From assembly GCA_027451365.1 (NCBI GenBank), contig DAIDJN010000026.1, forward strand, positions 64,494 to 128,493: a stretch of DNA of 64,000 nt, given 5' to 3'. The stretch comes from Phycisphaerales bacterium (GTDB lineage Bacteria; Planctomycetota; Phycisphaerae; WQYP01). How positions within the stretch are numbered: position 1 is the stretch's first letter; each line of letters starts with the position of its first letter. Of this stretch, positions 20,408 through 30,448 are shown one piece after another. The translations under genes were made by a program, and so were the position numbers. The notes beneath the pieces are model-generated. The model saw only the letters and a program-made list of their open reading frames with translations, made no database searches and was not told where the DNA came from.

Positions 20408-21979
20408 CTAAGGCAACGGTGCCGAACCTTGCGCCGTGGTTCCGGTGGCCGGGGTACCGGCCGATTGCGGCTTAAGCAGCGGAAACAACACGACATCCCG
20501 AATACTGGTGCGGTTCACCAGCAGCATGATCAGCCGATCAATGCCGATTCCCAGGCCGCCCGCGGGCGGCATTCCATGGCCGAGCGCGGTTATAAAGTCG
20601 GTATCCATGCGTGCCATGGAATCTTCCTCTTTTAATCCGGCCAACTGGGCGGAGAACGTTTCATGCTGCACGAACGGATCGTTCAGTTCGGTATAGGCAT
20701 TGGCCAGTTCCATGCCGGCGACATAAAGTTCAAACCGCTGGGCGATCGCCGGGTTGTCCGGCTTGCGGCGCGTCAGCGGGCAAAGGCCCGCGGGGTAATC
20801 AAAAATAAACACCGGCTGATCCAGCCCATACAGGCTCGGTTCAGCCAGACGTGCAAACAACTCGCCCACCAGGACGGCGGAATCCTTTTTGTCGATTTCC
20901 GCCACATGGTGTTTCGCGGCTGCAGCGCGCACGCCGGGTTCATCCAGCATGTCCACTCCAACCTGGCGCTGAAACAGCTCGCCGTAACTGATACGCTGGA
21001 ACGGCGGCGAAAAGTCGATCATGCGGTCGCCGTAGGGAAGTTTAACACTCTGTGACGCTACGGGCGCGTCATTACCGGTGGTGGCGTTCCGGTTAAAGAG
21101 CTGTCGCCGCCGGTCCGCCGCCAGGTCGACAATCAGACTTTCGGTTAATTCCATCATTCCCGCCAGATCGCTGTATGCCTGATAGAGTTCCATCATGGTG
21201 AATTCAGGATTATGCCGGGTATCAATTCCCTCGTTGCGGAAATTGCGGTTGATTTCAAATACCCGTTCCATGCCGCCCACCAGCAGCCGCTTGAGATAAA
21301 GCTCCGGGCTGATACGGAGGAAAAGGTCGGTATCCAAAGCATTGTGATGCGTTATAAAAGGCCGCGCCGCCGCCCCGCCGGCGATGGATTGCATCATGGG
21401 CGTTTCGACCTCAATAAAATCCCTCTGATGCAGAAACGCGCGGATCGACTGGACAATTCTGGATCGCGCCGCAAACACTTCCATCGATTCCGGGTTTGCG
21501 GCCAGATCCAGATAACGCTGCCGGTAGCGGAGTTCCGTATCCGCCAGGCCGTGAAATTTATCAGGCAATGGCAGCATTGCCTTGGCCGCCAGACCGAATT
21601 GATCCGCCCAGATTGTAATTTCGCCGGTTTTGGTATGCCCCACCTTCCCCGAAAACCAGGCAATATCACCGAGTTCCAGCAGTTTGGCCTTTTCCCAGTC
21701 GGACGCCAGAAGCTGTTTGGCAACGCCTACCTGCATTCGGCCGGCGGAATCAGAGATTGTGATGAAAATCAGCTTCCCAATATCGCGCAGCAGGACAATT
21801 CGACCGGCAATTTTCGCCTGCGGGCCGCCATCGTGTGGCGTTTCAGGCGTATGCAAAGCCCGCGCCCCGGCTGTGCTTATAAGACCATCCACCCGCTGAC
21901 CGAACGGATCCACACCCGCAGCGCGCCACTTTTCCAGCCGCAACTGACGATCCTTGAACTGGGGGTTTTCCGTGAACAT
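20408..21979 (-). CDS. lysS: Lysine--tRNA ligase (class II)
   Basis: RYRQRYLDL, GGAAARPFITHHN, FRNEGID..HNPEFTM, GMPPAGGLGIGIDRL. Confidence 0.97.
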   Translation of the reverse strand: MFTENPQFKDRQLRLEKWRAAGVDPFGQRVDGLISTAGARALHTPETPHDGGPQAKIAGRIVLLRDIGKLIFITISDSAGRMQVGVAKQLLASDWEKAKLLELGDIAWFSGKVGHTKTGEITIWADQFGLAAKAMLPLPDKFHGLADTELRYRQRYLDLAANPESMEVFAARSRIVQSIRAFLHQRDFIEVETPMMQSIAGGAAARPFITHHNALDTDLFLRISPELYLKRLLVGGMERVFEINRNFRNEGIDTRHNPEFTMMELYQAYSDLAGMMELTESLIVDLAADRRRQLFNRNATTGNDAPVASQSVKLPYGDRMIDFSPPFQRISYGELFQRQVGVDMLDEPGVRAAAAKHHVAEIDKKDSAVLVGELFARLAEPSLYGLDQPVFIFDYPAGLCPLTRRKPDNPAIAQRFELYVAGMELANAYTELNDPFVQHETFSAQLAGLKEEDSMARMDTDFITALGHGMPPAGGLGIGIDRLIMLLVNRTSIRDVVLFPLLKPQSAGTPATGTTAQGSAPLP

Positions 21980-22122
21980 GCGTACCTTTTTTCCAAATGG
22001 CCGCCAATATCAACCGGGACAAGCCAAGCCGTGTATTGTAGCCGGACGGCGGACGGCTGAAAATGATTCGGAAAAACCGGCAACGCACAACCGGAAGCAT
22101 AATGAAGGTGGCAAGCCTGCCG

Positions 22123-23205
22123 TTATTTTGCGGATGGCTCCGGCCGGGCGGCCGGTTCACCTCGGGGCACGCCATTTGTGGACTCAAGGCGGCCGAAAAT
22201 CATGCGACCCGCCGAAGTTTGTACGGCATTGGTCACCAGAAGATCAATCTCATGACCGACTCGGTCGCGGGCCCCTTCCACGACGACCATTGTCCCGTCT
22301 TCCAGATAGCCCACACCCTGCGCCGGCCCCTCACCTGGTTTCACGATTTTCAGTCGCATCATTTCGCCGGGCAGTGCGGCGGGTTTAAGTGCATTGGCCA
22401 GATCATTAATGTTGATCACCGGCAGCCCCTGCAGCGTGGCGATTTTATTCAGGTTAAAGTCGTTGGTGACCAGCCGCCCGTTTTCCTGCTGCGTCAATGC
22501 CAGAAGCTTCTGGTCCACACCCTGAAGTCCCGACGCACGCAGTGTGCCATCCCAAATATGAAGCTCAAGTTTCCCCAAGGACTGCAACCGTTGCAACACA
22601 TCCAGCCCGCGTCGGCCCCGGCCGCGTTTGAGTTTGTCGCCTGAATCCGCAACCGTCTGAAGTTCATTGAGCACAAACCGCGGCACGATCAGGCGGCTTT
22701 CAAACACACCAGTGGCCGCAATATCCGCAATCCGGCCGTCGATGATGACACTGGTGTCCAGAATAAAGGGCCGCGAGCCACGCATCGCCCGGCTGAATTC
22801 CACATAAGGAATAATGAACCGGAAGTCATCGCGGGTCTGCAGAATAAACGAAACCGACACATAACAGCAGATCAGACCAATCAACAGTTTCAACCCGGTA
22901 ATGACCGATTGATTCAGATAGGCGGTATCCGACTTTATAAAAATATTCGCCACCTGCTGAATCAGGTATCCCAGCGCCAGCGAGACCAATATGCCCACCA
23001 GAACGCCAAAAAACAGGCCGGACATCGCCGTCAGGTTTTTCTTTTTGAAAAGAAAGTCCGCCAGAATAACGCCTATGGCCACCACCACCGCACTGAACAT
23101 CGCCACCCATGGCCAGACGCCATTTCCCACATTAAGCGACAGATACGCCATCGCCACCGCGGTGACCAGCGCCAGAAATAAAAACCGCAGAATATTAAGA
23201 ACCAT
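22123..23205 (-). CDS. Membrane-anchored PIN/TRAM domain protein (YacL-like)
   Basis: Three or more N-terminal TM helices, LDTSVIIDGRI, RGRRGLD, TNDFNLNK, QGVGYLEDGTMVVVE, QTSAGRMIFG. Confidence 0.92.
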   Translation of the reverse strand: MVLNILRFLFLALVTAVAMAYLSLNVGNGVWPWVAMFSAVVVAIGVILADFLFKKKNLTAMSGLFFGVLVGILVSLALGYLIQQVANIFIKSDTAYLNQSVITGLKLLIGLICCYVSVSFILQTRDDFRFIIPYVEFSRAMRGSRPFILDTSVIIDGRIADIAATGVFESRLIVPRFVLNELQTVADSGDKLKRGRGRRGLDVLQRLQSLGKLELHIWDGTLRASGLQGVDQKLLALTQQENGRLVTNDFNLNKIATLQGLPVININDLANALKPAALPGEMMRLKIVKPGEGPAQGVGYLEDGTMVVVEGARDRVGHEIDLLVTNAVQTSAGRMIFGRLESTNGVPRGEPAARPEPSAK

Positions 23206-23494
23206 GGCAACTCCATCTGGACCAATTCCCCAAGTGCTTGAATTCCCAATATCCGTCAGCTTCTAAGGCGCGCCAGCACCCGGGAGAATTTGATACGGCT
23301 ATTCTATCGTCAAGTGGTCAAAATGGACAAACAACGCACCCGCACGCGGGAATAATTTTAACCCGTTTGCGCGGATTGCAGGCTGTCATTTCGTCCAAAC
23401 CGAATCATCTGGCCGCAGACCGACTTGAGATTCCGCTTCCCATCCGGTTCCCCGCTGCGCCGGGAAAAAGGCCGCTCCCCGACACCACACATGC

Positions 23495-24523
23495 TTAAGA
23501 TGGCCGGTTCCCGCCAGTAGGCAAAATGCCGGGAACCACCTGCCCGGCCGGAGGTGATGTCAAAATAATTGTCACCGGTGTATGCGGCCGGTAACGCAGA
23601 TCCGCCACCAGGATAATCAGCACCAGCGGCAGATAAATCACACTGGCCAGAAAAACCCGCCGGGCATTCTGCCGCGTTTTTTCGCGCCTCAACCGCAGGG
23701 AAAGGTAGACCATCACCATACCCAGCGCCAGTGCGGCTGCGCCAAACCATGGCCCGGCAAAACCAAAGAAGCAGGCGGCCGTGGCAACAGGAATTAACAG
23801 CGCACTGTAAAGAATCATCATGCGGCAGGTCACCTGACCGCTGGCATCCACCACCGGCAACATGCGAAAGCCGCCGTGGGAATAGTCGTCCCGGTACATC
23901 CATGCCAGCGCTAGAAAATGGGGTATCTGCCATACAAACAGCAGCAGGCCGAGAATAAGTGCTGGCAGCCCAATTCGTCCTGTCGCCGCGGTATATCCCA
24001 TCATGGGTGGAATCGCCCCGCAAATCGCGCCGACCAGTGTATTAAGTGTTGAAATGCGCTTCAACGGCGTGTACACAAAAGCGTATAATGCCAGATTGGT
24101 CAAGCCCAGCAGCGCAGTAAGCGAGTTTACGCCGAAATACAAAAGTGCCAATCCGGATACGGCGGTGAAAATTGCGAAAAATATCGCCGTGGAAGGCAGC
24201 ATTCGCCCCGCCGGAAGGGGTCTTTCGCGAGTGCGGTTCATCAGGCCGTCCGGCCTGATTTCCAGCACCTGATTCAGGGCCGACGCACTCCCGGCAACCA
24301 GCCAGGTTCCCGCCGCCACCAGCGCCAGAATCCACAGGCGCACATGGCCATCGGCACCAGTCACATATCCGACTACCGTGGTAATGACTACCATGGCGGT
24401 CAGACGCACCTTGGCCAGCGTGAAAATGTCCTTGCAGAGCATTGAGACTCGCGCCGGCGTGCTGGGCTGATCCGCGGGATTCGTCGGGACCGGCAAAACG
24501 GGCATTTCTGTCATGCTGCGCAT
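23495..24523 (-). CDS. cyoE: Protoheme IX farnesyltransferase (heme o synthase)
   Basis: ALNQ..E..D..MNRTRERPLP.GR, YTPLKR, GAIPP, WQIPHF.ALAW. Confidence 0.93.
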   Translation of the reverse strand: MRSMTEMPVLPVPTNPADQPSTPARVSMLCKDIFTLAKVRLTAMVVITTVVGYVTGADGHVRLWILALVAAGTWLVAGSASALNQVLEIRPDGLMNRTRERPLPAGRMLPSTAIFFAIFTAVSGLALLYFGVNSLTALLGLTNLALYAFVYTPLKRISTLNTLVGAICGAIPPMMGYTAATGRIGLPALILGLLLFVWQIPHFLALAWMYRDDYSHGGFRMLPVVDASGQVTCRMMILYSALLIPVATAACFFGFAGPWFGAAALALGMVMVYLSLRLRREKTRQNARRVFLASVIYLPLVLIILVADLRYRPHTPVTIILTSPPAGQVVPGILPTGGNRPS

Positions 24524-25313
24524 CAGTTTTTATTGATTCCGCTACCTGTCCAGGGCCGCACCATATGCAAAGCCACGCGCCCTGCGCCCGCGCACCCGAA
24601 TACTGCATTGTAGAAGTTTTTCCCTGCCACGTCCAATCGGGAAAGTGGCGCAGAGGCCTTGGGGCCTTGGAGATTTGGGGATTTAGGCCTCCGCGCTCTG
24701 GCGGAACCGGATGTAAGCCTCTCGACTTATCATAAACCACCGGTTGATCTGGTTGACCGATGCGACGGTGTCCGCGTTTAAGAATCGCGGCTTGTCGGCA
24801 TTGATATTTGTCGGCAGCACGCCCAAGAATCCCAAGACCGATTTTTTCCCTTTCGTAAAGTTACATCATTCCGTTTCAGGCGTTCGGCCGCAGGTAAGGA
24901 TCACGACAACTCGGCGGTCTTTACATCTTTCACAAGAGAAAAATCAGACTCCGGGCGGCAGGGTAACATGGCTATAAGCTAGATATTGCATGTCGCGCCC
25001 GCTTGTGCGCAGCGTACCAAGAGGCCGTTGGTAGAATGTTTCTGGAGCATTTTATGTGGCGAATTACTGATAGATTCGTGTTGAAATCGGCCGTTGCATT
25101 GCTTTATTTTGATCGTACAATTCTGAACGTTCGTGAGAAAGACAACGCAACAATAGCAATTAAGTGCTTTGTCACAACCGGATGTTCGGGCTGGCCGGGA
25201 ATCCGGCGTTTCCAGAGGTGTCGTTGGCGAGGCAGTGTTCCTGAAATTTTGCTCTGACAAGGCGCTAATTATTTCGGCCCGCTGAAAACGTTTCAATTCT
25301 GAATGCGTGAAGT

Positions 25314-26330
25314 TCAAATTTCATCGCGAACACTGGAAAAGGACGGAAACCGAGGCACGCCGCCATCGGAAAGTTCCTGGTAGCGGAACAGGACCGTGGC
25401 ACCGACGGGCGGAGGGTTCTCACGTTCCAAGTCGGAAAAGCCGGTGCCGATAGAAAATTCCGTGCCATCAGCCAGTCGCACCAGCAAGGCTCCCAGGCGG
25501 CCTTTGTGCCGCCCCGTGCCGGCCTGGTGGGCCACGACAACAGCCTCATCATCGCGGAAGGATTTCACTTTCAGGAGCGTGGCCGAGCGGCCGACGACGT
25601 ACATGGACTGCGGCTGGCGAAGCATCAGGCCCTCACCACCAAGGGATTCAATGCGGGTGAGTTCTTCCTTCAAGGCCGACAGTCCGGTGCACCGGGTGTG
25701 GAGATGAACCGCGGCATGCGAAAGAGAGGGCAAGGACTGCAACGCTTTCAGACGGTCTTCAAATGTCCCGGGTTGGGAGGGAGCATCAAAGATCAGGAAC
25801 CGAAGCTGTTTCCAGTGATCTGATTTATCCTGGCGGCGGACAATGGAAACGGTTTTCTGAAACGACTTGCGAGCCAGAAATAATTCGCCATCCAGGGGGT
25901 GCGAGGGCAAGCCGCTGATGAACCAATCCGGGGCATGGTAAAGATTACCTAAGCGGGAGAGAAACTGTTTGCCGTCCCAGTATGCCCGAACGCCATCCAG
26001 TTTTTCAGACATCCACCAGTCTGTGGGATCCAGTTGGCCGTCCCAAGGCTCCGCAAGCAGCACCGGTGCGCCGGGGTGCGCCGCGCCCGAGGGAACGGAC
26101 CGCCCGTCGGTGGTGGACGGCGGCGTGAAGGCCCCGCCGATGCGGGCTTCCTCCGCTGCGTCGGAGCGCAGTTTTCGCAGGTGCTTGCAGGTGCGCTTTT
26201 CGATCGGCTTGGATTGATTCCGCCACGCCGGGCACGAACAGGAGTAAACGCCGCCCGTGTTCTTAAGCTCGTAGGGCTTCGCCCCGGAACCTTGCATAAA
26301 GTACGATTCGCCGTCTGCTAAATCCACCAT
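25314..26330 (-). CDS. Minimal ATP-dependent DNA ligase with N-terminal SWIM zinc finger
   Basis: YSCSCPAWRNQ...TCKHL (SWIM); SEKLDGVRAYWDG (motif I), LDGELF, GEGLMLR, LLKVK, OB domain GTGFSD...PRFP. Confidence 0.9.
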   Translation of the reverse strand: MVDLADGESYFMQGSGAKPYELKNTGGVYSCSCPAWRNQSKPIEKRTCKHLRKLRSDAAEEARIGGAFTPPSTTDGRSVPSGAAHPGAPVLLAEPWDGQLDPTDWWMSEKLDGVRAYWDGKQFLSRLGNLYHAPDWFISGLPSHPLDGELFLARKSFQKTVSIVRRQDKSDHWKQLRFLIFDAPSQPGTFEDRLKALQSLPSLSHAAVHLHTRCTGLSALKEELTRIESLGGEGLMLRQPQSMYVVGRSATLLKVKSFRDDEAVVVAHQAGTGRHKGRLGALLVRLADGTEFSIGTGFSDLERENPPPVGATVLFRYQELSDGGVPRFPSFSSVRDEI

Positions 26331-26717
26331 GAATAAAGATAGTATCAAGTGTAATTAATGGCGTAAAGCGGCGGCGTAACTGACGTAAAGTGGAGGTTCG
26401 CTAAATTTTCCGGACGCGTCTGAACCCTGTTTTCACCTGGCATGTTTGCCGCACCACTGCGCCGCCATAAAAGAATTCAACGCCGCCGACACTTCCGGCT
26501 GCGAACGGGCCGCGTCCCGCATATGAAAAAGCAAATCGAATTCGCCCGGAAAAAAGACCCTGCTTTTTGAATGGGAACCGGCCCATGATGCGCAAAACTA
26601 TAAATATTGGTACAATCGCCGAAGCGGCTCAGGCACAGGCGGCGCTGGCCCAGCCGTTCGGAAGTTTGAATTTTTCGGGTATAAAACCTGGCATTCGCAA
26701 CGCGATGCAAATGAGAG

Positions 26718-27107
26718 TTGGCCGATATGCTAAAATGCGGAGAATGCGGGGTTACAATATCTGATGCAGAGGCTAAAAATCCGCTGGACGGCCGTAAGTT
26801 ATGTATCGCTTGCTTTGCGCGGTGGAGTATGACGCACCAAGTCCCGGTGCCGGCGGGCACAGCCATTCCGGATTATTCCGTGATCCGGTTGGTTGGCGGT
26901 GCCATGCGCGCTATTGGTGTTCTTGCAGCGGGCATGGGTGGAGCGGCGTTGTTGGCCGACATTGCAATGCATTTTCTTGGCGTAAACAACATTCCCACGC
27001 TGGTGTTGGCCTGCATATACGGGGTTTTGTTTGGCACGGCTCTGGCTGTTGCCGGCGAACTGTTGCTGATACTTCGCGATGTAACGCGAAAATATTTGCG
27101 CCGGTGA
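26718..27107 (+). CDS. Small Zn-ribbon membrane protein
   Basis: CGEC...CIAC followed by two TM helices and GELLLILRD. Confidence 0.6.
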   Translation: MADMLKCGECGVTISDAEAKNPLDGRKLCIACFARWSMTHQVPVPAGTAIPDYSVIRLVGGAMRAIGVLAAGMGGAALLADIAMHFLGVNNIPTLVLACIYGVLFGTALAVAGELLLILRDVTRKYLRR

Positions 27108-27229
27108 ATTTATCCGCAGCCGACATTTTACCCTGTAGGGAAACCCGCGTTGCATACGACTAAAATCATGCATTGGCGGCAATCGGCTGGCCGCGGCACT
27201 GCTTTCAGGACCAGACTTAGGAGCACAGA

Positions 27230-27751
27230 ATGACCAACAGCGTAAAACAGGAACTGGCGGATTTCGGTTCAGGCTGCTTCTGGGGCACCGAAGCTGTGTT
27301 CCGCAAAGTTGCCGGTGTGCTGGATGTAAAAGTCGGCTATGAAGGCGGCGAGTTGGCCAACCCGACCTATCGGGAGGTCTGCACCGATACCACCGGCCAC
27401 GCCGAGGTGGTGCAAATTACATTTAATCCGGCGGTGGTCAGTTATGCCCAACTGCTGAACATCTTTTTTGAAAATCATGATCCAACCACCCCCAACCAGC
27501 AAGGCCCGGACTACGGTTCGCAGTACCGCAGCGTGGTGTTTTACCATTCGCCCGAACAGCAGAAACTTGCCGAGGCGGAAAAGGCCTTGCGCGATAAAAG
27601 CGGAGATTACGTGGGACCCATTGTGACACACATTGAACCTGCCCGAGCATTTTATCCCGCGGAAGAATACCACCAGCGATACTTTGAAAAACAGGGGGTG
27701 AACTATTCCTGTCACCTGGGCAACGGCAAAAAAACCAGCCGCAGGAGTTAA
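27230..27751 (+). CDS. msrA: Peptide-methionine (S)-S-oxide reductase
   Basis: GCFWGTE, NPTYREVC, GHAEVV, HDPT, QYRS, AEEYHQRY; AGGAG SD. Confidence 0.97.
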   Translation: MTNSVKQELADFGSGCFWGTEAVFRKVAGVLDVKVGYEGGELANPTYREVCTDTTGHAEVVQITFNPAVVSYAQLLNIFFENHDPTTPNQQGPDYGSQYRSVVFYHSPEQQKLAEAEKALRDKSGDYVGPIVTHIEPARAFYPAEEYHQRYFEKQGVNYSCHLGNGKKTSRRS

Positions 27752-28208
27752 TGTGAAAAGCCGGCATGCAAAGGCGTTACCACAATATATTTATGGGAAT
27801 TGCCCAGCAGCAGATCCACCACTGATTCCTGTTCCTGCATTGTCTCTATTTCCCGCCGGGCCAGCGGCCAAAGCGCGTGCAGAGCCATGCGTCCCACAAA
27901 ATGGGATGCAATAGCCGGAAGAACCATGATTCCCGCGGAACCAGTAAGCAGAAATCGCGACGGTTGGCGAAGGCTATTTATGGCGGCCCTGTGCGCACGG
28001 CTCGGTTCCGGCACAAACTGTATTTCGTCAATAGCGATCGGTCCATCCAACCGGGTTAGAAATCCCTCCGGGTCTGCCTGGGCGAATGCCCGCACAGCAC
28101 CTGCAATAGCGTGCTTTTCCCAGCCTGGCGCGACCCTTGGATATAGACTGTGGGCCTGTCGGCCAGAGCGGCCTCTATGAAACTGCTGACTGCGCGACGA
28201 ATCAACAT
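27748..28208 (-). pseudogene. Truncated, frameshifted AAA_14-type ATPase
   Basis: Frame 1: MLIRR...VYIQGSRQAGKSTLL (Walker A); frame 2: ADPEGFL...IAIDEIQ...FLLTGSA...GRM..LWPLARRE; C-terminal half absent. Confidence 0.8.
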
Positions 28209-28230
28209 AAAGGCGTTGCAACCCTTAATA

Positions 28231-28289
28231 TGGTGTAATTTCAACCACATAGTGGCTGAAATTCGTTTTTTATGGTTGAATTTCAGCCG
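28231..28289. promoter_or_regulatory. Three imperfect copies of the palindrome TGGTTGAA(A/T)TTCAACCA
   Basis: TGGTGTAATTTCAACCA (28231), TGGCTGAAATTC (28253), TGGTTGAATTTCAGCC (28273) immediately upstream of the ATPase pseudogene. Confidence 0.55.
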
Positions 28290-28521
28290 AAACTAAACCG
28301 GGTTTCCAGCAGGCGCGTTCAATGTTGTGGAAGTGGTATCTTGCGGCTTTAACTGCCATTACCGCATCGCAGAGTTATAACGCCCGCTCTATTGCCGCTG
28401 TGCAGCAATTGGCACGCGGCCTGTTTTGCGGATATTCTGGTCCGCCCGGGCGAATGATTCTGGGCCAGCGTACCGGCAACGCGAATGGTCTGGTTTCACC
28501 GCCATGGTTCGGAGAATGTGT

Positions 28522-29487
28522 ATGGCCGATGTGCCGCTGGTATCCGTTGTTATTCCAACCTACAACAGCCCGGACTATCTTATTCAGACTCTGGAAACTG
28601 TGCTGGCCCAAACCTTTACAAATTATGAAATAGTCATCATTAATGATGGCAGCACCGACAACACCGCCGCGCGGCTGGAACCTTATAAGGACCGGATTCG
28701 CCTGATTACGCAGCCCAATGGCGGCATTGGCGTGGCGCGCAACCGCGGCATCGATGAAGCCCGTGGAAAATATGTCGCGCTGCTGGACCATGACGACCTG
28801 TGGATGCCCGAAAAGCTGCGATTTCAGGTGGATTTTTATCAGCGGCATCCGGAATGTTCCATGGTGGTGGTGCCGCACAGCAATACCGATTCACCCAATG
28901 AAAAATGTTATAACCTCAAACTGGCCAGACGGAACGGCGGCCTGATAAACCGCCCGCTGAAGGAAGCAAGGCGTTCGCACAATCGGCTGATTATGCAGAC
29001 TTCCGGAATTATGTTTGAGAAAGCCCGCGCCGACGGCCTGCGTTTTGAAACCCGCCGCGGCTGCATGGAAGATGTCCCGTTTTTTCTGGGCATGTTCGGT
29101 CGCGGACCGGTGGGCGTGGCGGGTGACAAGCCGCTGATGCTTTATCGGCGGCACACCGGCAGTTATTCCCAGCGCGCGGACTTCTGGTTTGAAGGCATGA
29201 AAAGGCTGCGGGAACTTGACGCCCAGGGGCGCTTCCATGAAATAACCGGTGTCAACCGCACGGACCTGGATAAACGACTGGCGGTGATGGCGCAAAAATT
29301 CGCGGTTATCGTCAAAAACATCGGCTGCTTTTCAGAAGCGATGGAGATGTACCGCGCCGAAAAGCCATTTCAGTTGCGGCAGAGGCAATTCGGCTTTCTG
29401 ATCGCCTTTCCCGTGCGGGTCTGGCTGGCGAAATGGAAAACCGGTGGAAAACGCCATCGGCCTGCGAGTGCCTTAAAATCAGATTGA
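28522..29487 (+). CDS. Glycosyltransferase family 2
   Basis: VSVVIPTYN, INDGSTD, ARNRG, LLDHDDLW, ED motif. Confidence 0.93.
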   Translation: MADVPLVSVVIPTYNSPDYLIQTLETVLAQTFTNYEIVIINDGSTDNTAARLEPYKDRIRLITQPNGGIGVARNRGIDEARGKYVALLDHDDLWMPEKLRFQVDFYQRHPECSMVVVPHSNTDSPNEKCYNLKLARRNGGLINRPLKEARRSHNRLIMQTSGIMFEKARADGLRFETRRGCMEDVPFFLGMFGRGPVGVAGDKPLMLYRRHTGSYSQRADFWFEGMKRLRELDAQGRFHEITGVNRTDLDKRLAVMAQKFAVIVKNIGCFSEAMEMYRAEKPFQLRQRQFGFLIAFPVRVWLAKWKTGGKRHRPASALKSD

Positions 29488-29537
29488 AGACTATGAACAG
29501 GCCGCTCTATATTGGCGGCGGAAAAGGATTGAACTTG

Positions 29538-30410
29538 ATGCGTAAACTATGGAAATCGTTCTCTTTGCAACTTCCACCCCGGCGCAAGGATATAAACAGG
29601 AGCGCCGAGAAGCTCGGCGGAACGGCTGCCAATATCCTGCGCACAAATCAGGAACTCTTTCTGATCAAGCTGCTAAAATCAGAGCGGTATCAGGACCCGC
29701 GACGGCTGGCCCACTTTGAACATCAGGTTTATTCCCAGAATGGCGAAGACGGTATTCTGGCGGAAATATTTAAACGCGTCGGCGCGACCAGCCGCACGTT
29801 TGTGGAAATCGGCGTTGGCGACGGACGGGAAAACAACACCGCAATGCTTCTTGCGGGCGGCTGGAGCGGATTATGGCTGGAAGGGGACCGAAAATGTGCC
29901 AGCGCTATCCGCAATCATTTTGCGGCGCTGTTGACCTCCGGTAAACTCAAATTGACGGAAGGATTTATTACCGCGGAAAATGTCTCCGGCATGCTGGCCC
30001 AGGCGGGCACGCCTGTGGAAATGGATCTGCTGTCCGTGGATATAGACCGTAATACCTATTACATCTGGGAAGCCCTGGCAGAATATAAGCCGCGTGTGCT
30101 GGTGGTTGAATACAATGCCACCATGCCTGCGAGCCTGGACTGGAAGGTGGAATATCGCGCCAACGAGTGGTTTGACGGAAGTTTTTATTATGGTGCCAGC
30201 CTGAAGGCCTATGAACTGCTGGGGCGGAAACGCGGATATACTCTGGTGGGCTGCGACCTGTGCGGTGTAAACGCTTTCTTTGTACGCGATGACCTGATGG
30301 GAGACAGATTTTCCGGGCCATTTACCGCGGAAAATCATTATGAACCGCCGCGTTACTGGCTCATCCGAACCCTGGGACATCCGCGCGGTTTCGGCGAATT
30401 CCACAAATAG
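29538..30410 (+). CDS. FkbM-like putative SAM-dependent methyltransferase
   Basis: VYSQNGEDG, FVEIGVGDG.ENNT, LSVDID, VVEYN, GASL, NAFFVR. Confidence 0.75.
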   Translation: MRKLWKSFSLQLPPRRKDINRSAEKLGGTAANILRTNQELFLIKLLKSERYQDPRRLAHFEHQVYSQNGEDGILAEIFKRVGATSRTFVEIGVGDGRENNTAMLLAGGWSGLWLEGDRKCASAIRNHFAALLTSGKLKLTEGFITAENVSGMLAQAGTPVEMDLLSVDIDRNTYYIWEALAEYKPRVLVVEYNATMPASLDWKVEYRANEWFDGSFYYGASLKAYELLGRKRGYTLVGCDLCGVNAFFVRDDLMGDRFSGPFTAENHYEPPRYWLIRTLGHPRGFGEFHK

Positions 30411-30448
30411 GCCCGGCGATCAGCCATTTCACGTTGCGCACGCTTAAA

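Noticed and set aside
24530..25310. FNR/CRP-like sites or small genes upstream of cyoE
   Set aside because: Only half-sites (TTGAT) without a matching ATCAA; the short ORFs lack SD or motifs.
26351..26390. Repeated CGTAA motifs upstream of the ligase
   Set aside because: Irregular spacing (12, 13, 9 bp) and short motif; insufficient support.
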